DNA from: Nitrospirota bacterium
Lineage (GTDB): Bacteria; Nitrospirota; Nitrospiria; Nitrospirales; NS-4
Reading direction: 5' to 3'
Length of the DNA stretch: 64,000 bases
Assembly: GCA_963788195.1 (NCBI GenBank)
Contig: CAWBGA010000005.1
Span: forward strand, 32,001-96,000
In this document: one piece after another, positions 63,603-64,000 of the stretch
Numbering within the stretch: the first letter of the stretch is position 1
How the letters are laid out: each line of letters starts with the position of its first letter
The notes under the pieces: model-generated
Seen by the model: only the letters and a program-made list of their open reading frames with translations
The model's database searches: none
What the model was told of the DNA's origin: nothing
Made by a program: the position numbers and the translations under genes

Positions 63603-64000
63603 ATGAGCTACGTGCAAAGTACACTGGTTCCAGGGGAACGGATCCTGTACCGGGCTCATCTCCACTGGACTACGTTTCTCGGGGGCGGCCTCCTATTTGT
63701 TCTATTAACGATCGTGGCGATTTTGTTTGTAACTAGGGAGGAGAGTCAATTCGCGGGATTCATCATCTTTATCCTCGGGGCACTCCCCTTGGCCGCGGCG
63801 TACATCCGTTACCGAACCTCCGAGTTTGCCGTTACCGACAAGCGCGTCCTTATCAAAACCGGCTTGATTCGGCGACATACGCTCGAGACATTGCTGAACA
63901 AGGTGGAAAATATCAGTGTCGAACAAGGATTGCTGGGCCGTGTGCTGAACTATGGGACGATCCAGGTCACGGGGACAGGGTCTACCAAGGAAACCTTCAC
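63603..64000 (+). CDS. Bacterial PH domain (bPH_2) membrane protein, partial
   Basis: MSYVQSTL.PGE, SEFAVTDKRV.IKTG, QGLLGRVLNYGTI; runs off the window. Confidence 0.88.
   Translation, partial: MSYVQSTLVPGERILYRAHLHWTTFLGGGLLFVLLTIVAILFVTREESQFAGFIIFILGALPLAAAYIRYRTSEFAVTDKRVLIKTGLIRRHTLETLLNKVENISVEQGLLGRVLNYGTIQVTGTGSTKETF

Overview
This is a GC-rich bacterial window of about 64 kb whose gene families and intergenic repeats suggest Nitrospirota (inferred, not proven). Many conserved genes, including putA, are split by single-base frameshifts, most likely long-read indel errors. The left part holds a TPR/Sel1 gene, a CHASE2-sigma54 activator and a sigma54-promoted operon for an OmpA protein, a VIT-vWA-LPXTG protein and a class GN sortase. 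An integrase-less integron-like segment (one attC, two copies of an 88-bp attI-like module) sits between the activator and the operon. Next come housekeeping genes (NUDIX, ZIP, LOG, speD, putA), then tRNA-Arg(CCG) and tRNA-Lys(CTT), each followed by small cargo units bounded by duplicated tRNA 3' halves with no integrase in the window. The accessory stretch carries two paralogous desaturases, a Macro + NDT/TIR-like fusion, a PP2C phosphatase, a VOC-hydrolase-flavin oxidoreductase operon, a di-heme protein, a REC-GAF-GGDEF cyclase and an orphan ZorA/ZorB-like pair. The right part has a metallothionein-like peptide, a GGQ release-factor-like protein, BrnT/BrnA, an ABC-F ATPase, Hsp20, an RNase H-like protein, a cupredoxin and a USP. 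Two families of dispersed intergenic repeats recur. I saw no CRISPR array, rRNA, integrase or transposase. All domain calls come from motif recognition by eye, with no database searches.
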